From Antedon mediterranea (taxonomy: Eukaryota; Animalia; Echinodermata), in assembly GCF_964355755.1 (NCBI RefSeq), contig NC_092677.1:18622101-18686100 (forward strand): 64,000 nucleotides of DNA, given 5' to 3'. This document shows, piece by piece, positions 62,004 through 64,000 of the stretch; within the stretch, counting starts at the first letter, position 1, and each line of letters opens with the position of its first letter. The position numbers and the translations under genes are program-made. The notes under the pieces were generated by a model. That model saw only the letters and a program-made list of their open reading frames with translations, searched no databases and was not told the origin of the DNA.

Positions 62004-62661
62004 CATACCATTGTTAACTATTGTCACAAGAGGTGCCGGGAAGCTATACAACGTTGCCAGCCGCCGCCGACGCCTTTACCCGGTTACCACTACCATAATG
62101 GAGAAGCTTCTCGCTCAACTCAAGCTTATTAAGAGCAATGAATACGAAAGGAAATTTTATAAAGCTTTGTTCCTCACCTGTTACTACGCTTATGCGAGAG
62201 CAAGTGAAATGGTACGGACCAATAATCCGGAACACGTCCTAAAACTGCGTGACATTACCATATCACACACTAATGTTACCTTCCAATTTAAATCCTTAAA
62301 ACACCACAAGGGCGAATCCCAACATTTCAGCATTAGCAAAAAAGGAAACAGCATATTATGCCCGGTACAGGTGTTACAGGATTACAATTCGATCAGGCCT
62401 ACGACTCGGGGGCAATTTTTCATATTTCAAACCGGAGCTCCACTACTTAGGAAGCATTTAAGTCATACGTTAAAAGAAGCCGCGTTACACGCCAACTTAG
62501 ACCACACCCGGTACAACACACACTCGTTCAGAATCAGAAGGGCCACGCAACTTAGAGACCTGGGCGCAGGTGAACAAGAAATTCAAGCTACCGGAAGATG
62601 GAAAAGCGACGCATATAAACGATATATCCGACCCCACTTGATAACTCTTAATAATGACTAA
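61760..62661 (+). CDS. Ngaro tyrosine recombinase, overlapping the RT ORF
   Basis: T.KSY.RAW, TI.TYLSAI, ARASE, LKHH, CPV, HSFR, GRWKS.AY.RY catalytic residues; frame open upstream of ATG 61834. Confidence 0.9.
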
Positions 62662-64000
62662 TAAAAATGTACATTTACATTATAACTCACTTACATCCAT
62701 GCGTCTATTTACGTTTTTTTTTTCCTTCAGTATTGTTTATTGGCAATGTGTTAGTACAACTTTGCTCCCATGGCAGTGCACGGTAGTGGAGCCCTCGGAT
62801 TAGCCTTGGGTGGAAGGTGCTGATGCTCAACATACTGCCATGAAGTATCTGCGTATACTTTCATGGGGAGCATTGTTGTATTAATGGTGATTTTTGTACC
62901 TATCAGTCTCTTTGGAGACATTTCCAGGGAGTTCTGGTAGTACGATTTTTTTTTTTTTATCTCAGTTTCATGTGGGTAAGTGAACATTCTTCCTTGTTTC
63001 CTGCACTTTGGTGGGCTGCTCTTGGCGGTGCCTTGGCACCTGTCGCGGGCTAATTTTCTCTGAGCATCCCTGTTGTGCTTACTTAGAATTGGAAAATTAT
63101 TGCTATATAACTTATATTTGCTTATGACTTTTATGTGCAGTTTTACATGGGCGAATGTTCATTTACTAATAAACTATTTAAGCCAGAACTTATGTTGTAT
63201 GCATCTTTATTTGGTATTCTATGAGTTTGTTAATTGCCGCTGTCTCCGAGTAGCAAAAATCAAGAATTGGGTTGAGAACACAATTCTATTTTGGGAACGG
63301 AGAGGGCGGGTTTTTCGACCTCTTTGATCAAGCACCCTCTCTGTTAACACGATCACATTAAGTTGAAGACAATTTTCCCTCCCTCCCGCCCAATATTTAG
63401 ACACTTAATAAGGGCTCATTTTCTCTGAGCATCCCTGTTGTGCTTACTTAGAATTGGAAAATTATTGCTATATAACTTATATTTGCTTATGACTTTTATG
63501 TGCAGTTTTACATGGGCGAATGTTCATTTACTAATAAACTATTTAAGCCAGAACTTATGTTGTATGCATCTTTATTTGGTATTCTATGAGTTTGTTAATT
63601 GCCGCTGTCTCCGAGTAGCAAAAACATATTTACTTTTTCCAAAATTTACTTCTACTAAATCCTACTAATCACAGAAAAAATCATGACAAATCTGATCTTA
63701 TGTGAAAGGGTTATTTCAAGTCAAAAAGGTCAACATTTTACCTTTAGTGTTATCTTAGAACTTACACTAAGGATAATTTGTTTTAATCAAAAAAAAAGTA
63801 TGGGTTTTTTTATGAATAAAATAAACTAGCATAGTGTGTTTGCAAGCTATAGCATAGTCTTAGAAAGCTATAACGTACCTCAATGCTGTTTTGATTTTAG
63901 ATGTAAACAGTTTAGAATGCTTTTCTTTTTAAGTTATGTTAATTGTTGATTTAGCCCAGTTTTTTTAAAAGATTACACTAAATATCATCATATTTAGATT

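Larger units (their letters stand above)
57595..63622 (+). mobile_element. Ngaro-type (DIRS-like) tyrosine-recombinase retrotransposon
   Basis: Split direct repeats A1 57595-57714, B1 63047-63257, A2 63258-63377, B2 63412-63622, flanking gag, RT/RNase H and YR ORFs. Confidence 0.92.

Noticed and set aside
62700-63040. Possible extra ORF (e.g. SGNH hydrolase carried by some Ngaro elements) after the recombinase
   Set aside because: No open plus-strand frame or GDS motif recognisable.
63073-63668. Two near-identical 76-84 aa ORFs
   Set aside because: They are the B1/B2 terminal repeats of the Ngaro element; no coding signature.

Overview
AT-rich animal genomic DNA; the HYR/MAM/CUB-rich gene content suggests a marine invertebrate such as an echinoderm (inference). 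(1) 46-26871 (+): the 3' part of a large multi-exon adhesion GPCR gene, MAM-CUB-LDLa x2, MAM-CUB, HYR x5, EGF, Ig, SEA, GAIN/GPS, 7TM. Its introns carry nested non-autonomous DNA transposons. (2) 29491-45383: a complete, apparently intact 15.9-kb Polinton/Maverick (adintovirus-like endogenous virus) with AGTAGT termini and a perfect 6-bp TSD (TACGTA). It encodes pPolB, packaging ATPase, adenain protease, major and minor capsid proteins, integrase and small core proteins. Unusual features are a Bcl-2-like ORF, a tandem double-PC4 protein, two apparent spliced 5' exons on pPolB and a shared TATA+TCATT promoter. (3) About 46999-57586 (+): a decaying paralogous D8C/HYR gene, interrupted by nested Helentron-type repeats. 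(4) 57595-63622: an Ngaro-type tyrosine-recombinase retrotransposon with split direct repeats. All calls come from reading the sequence and motifs by eye; no database searches were run.
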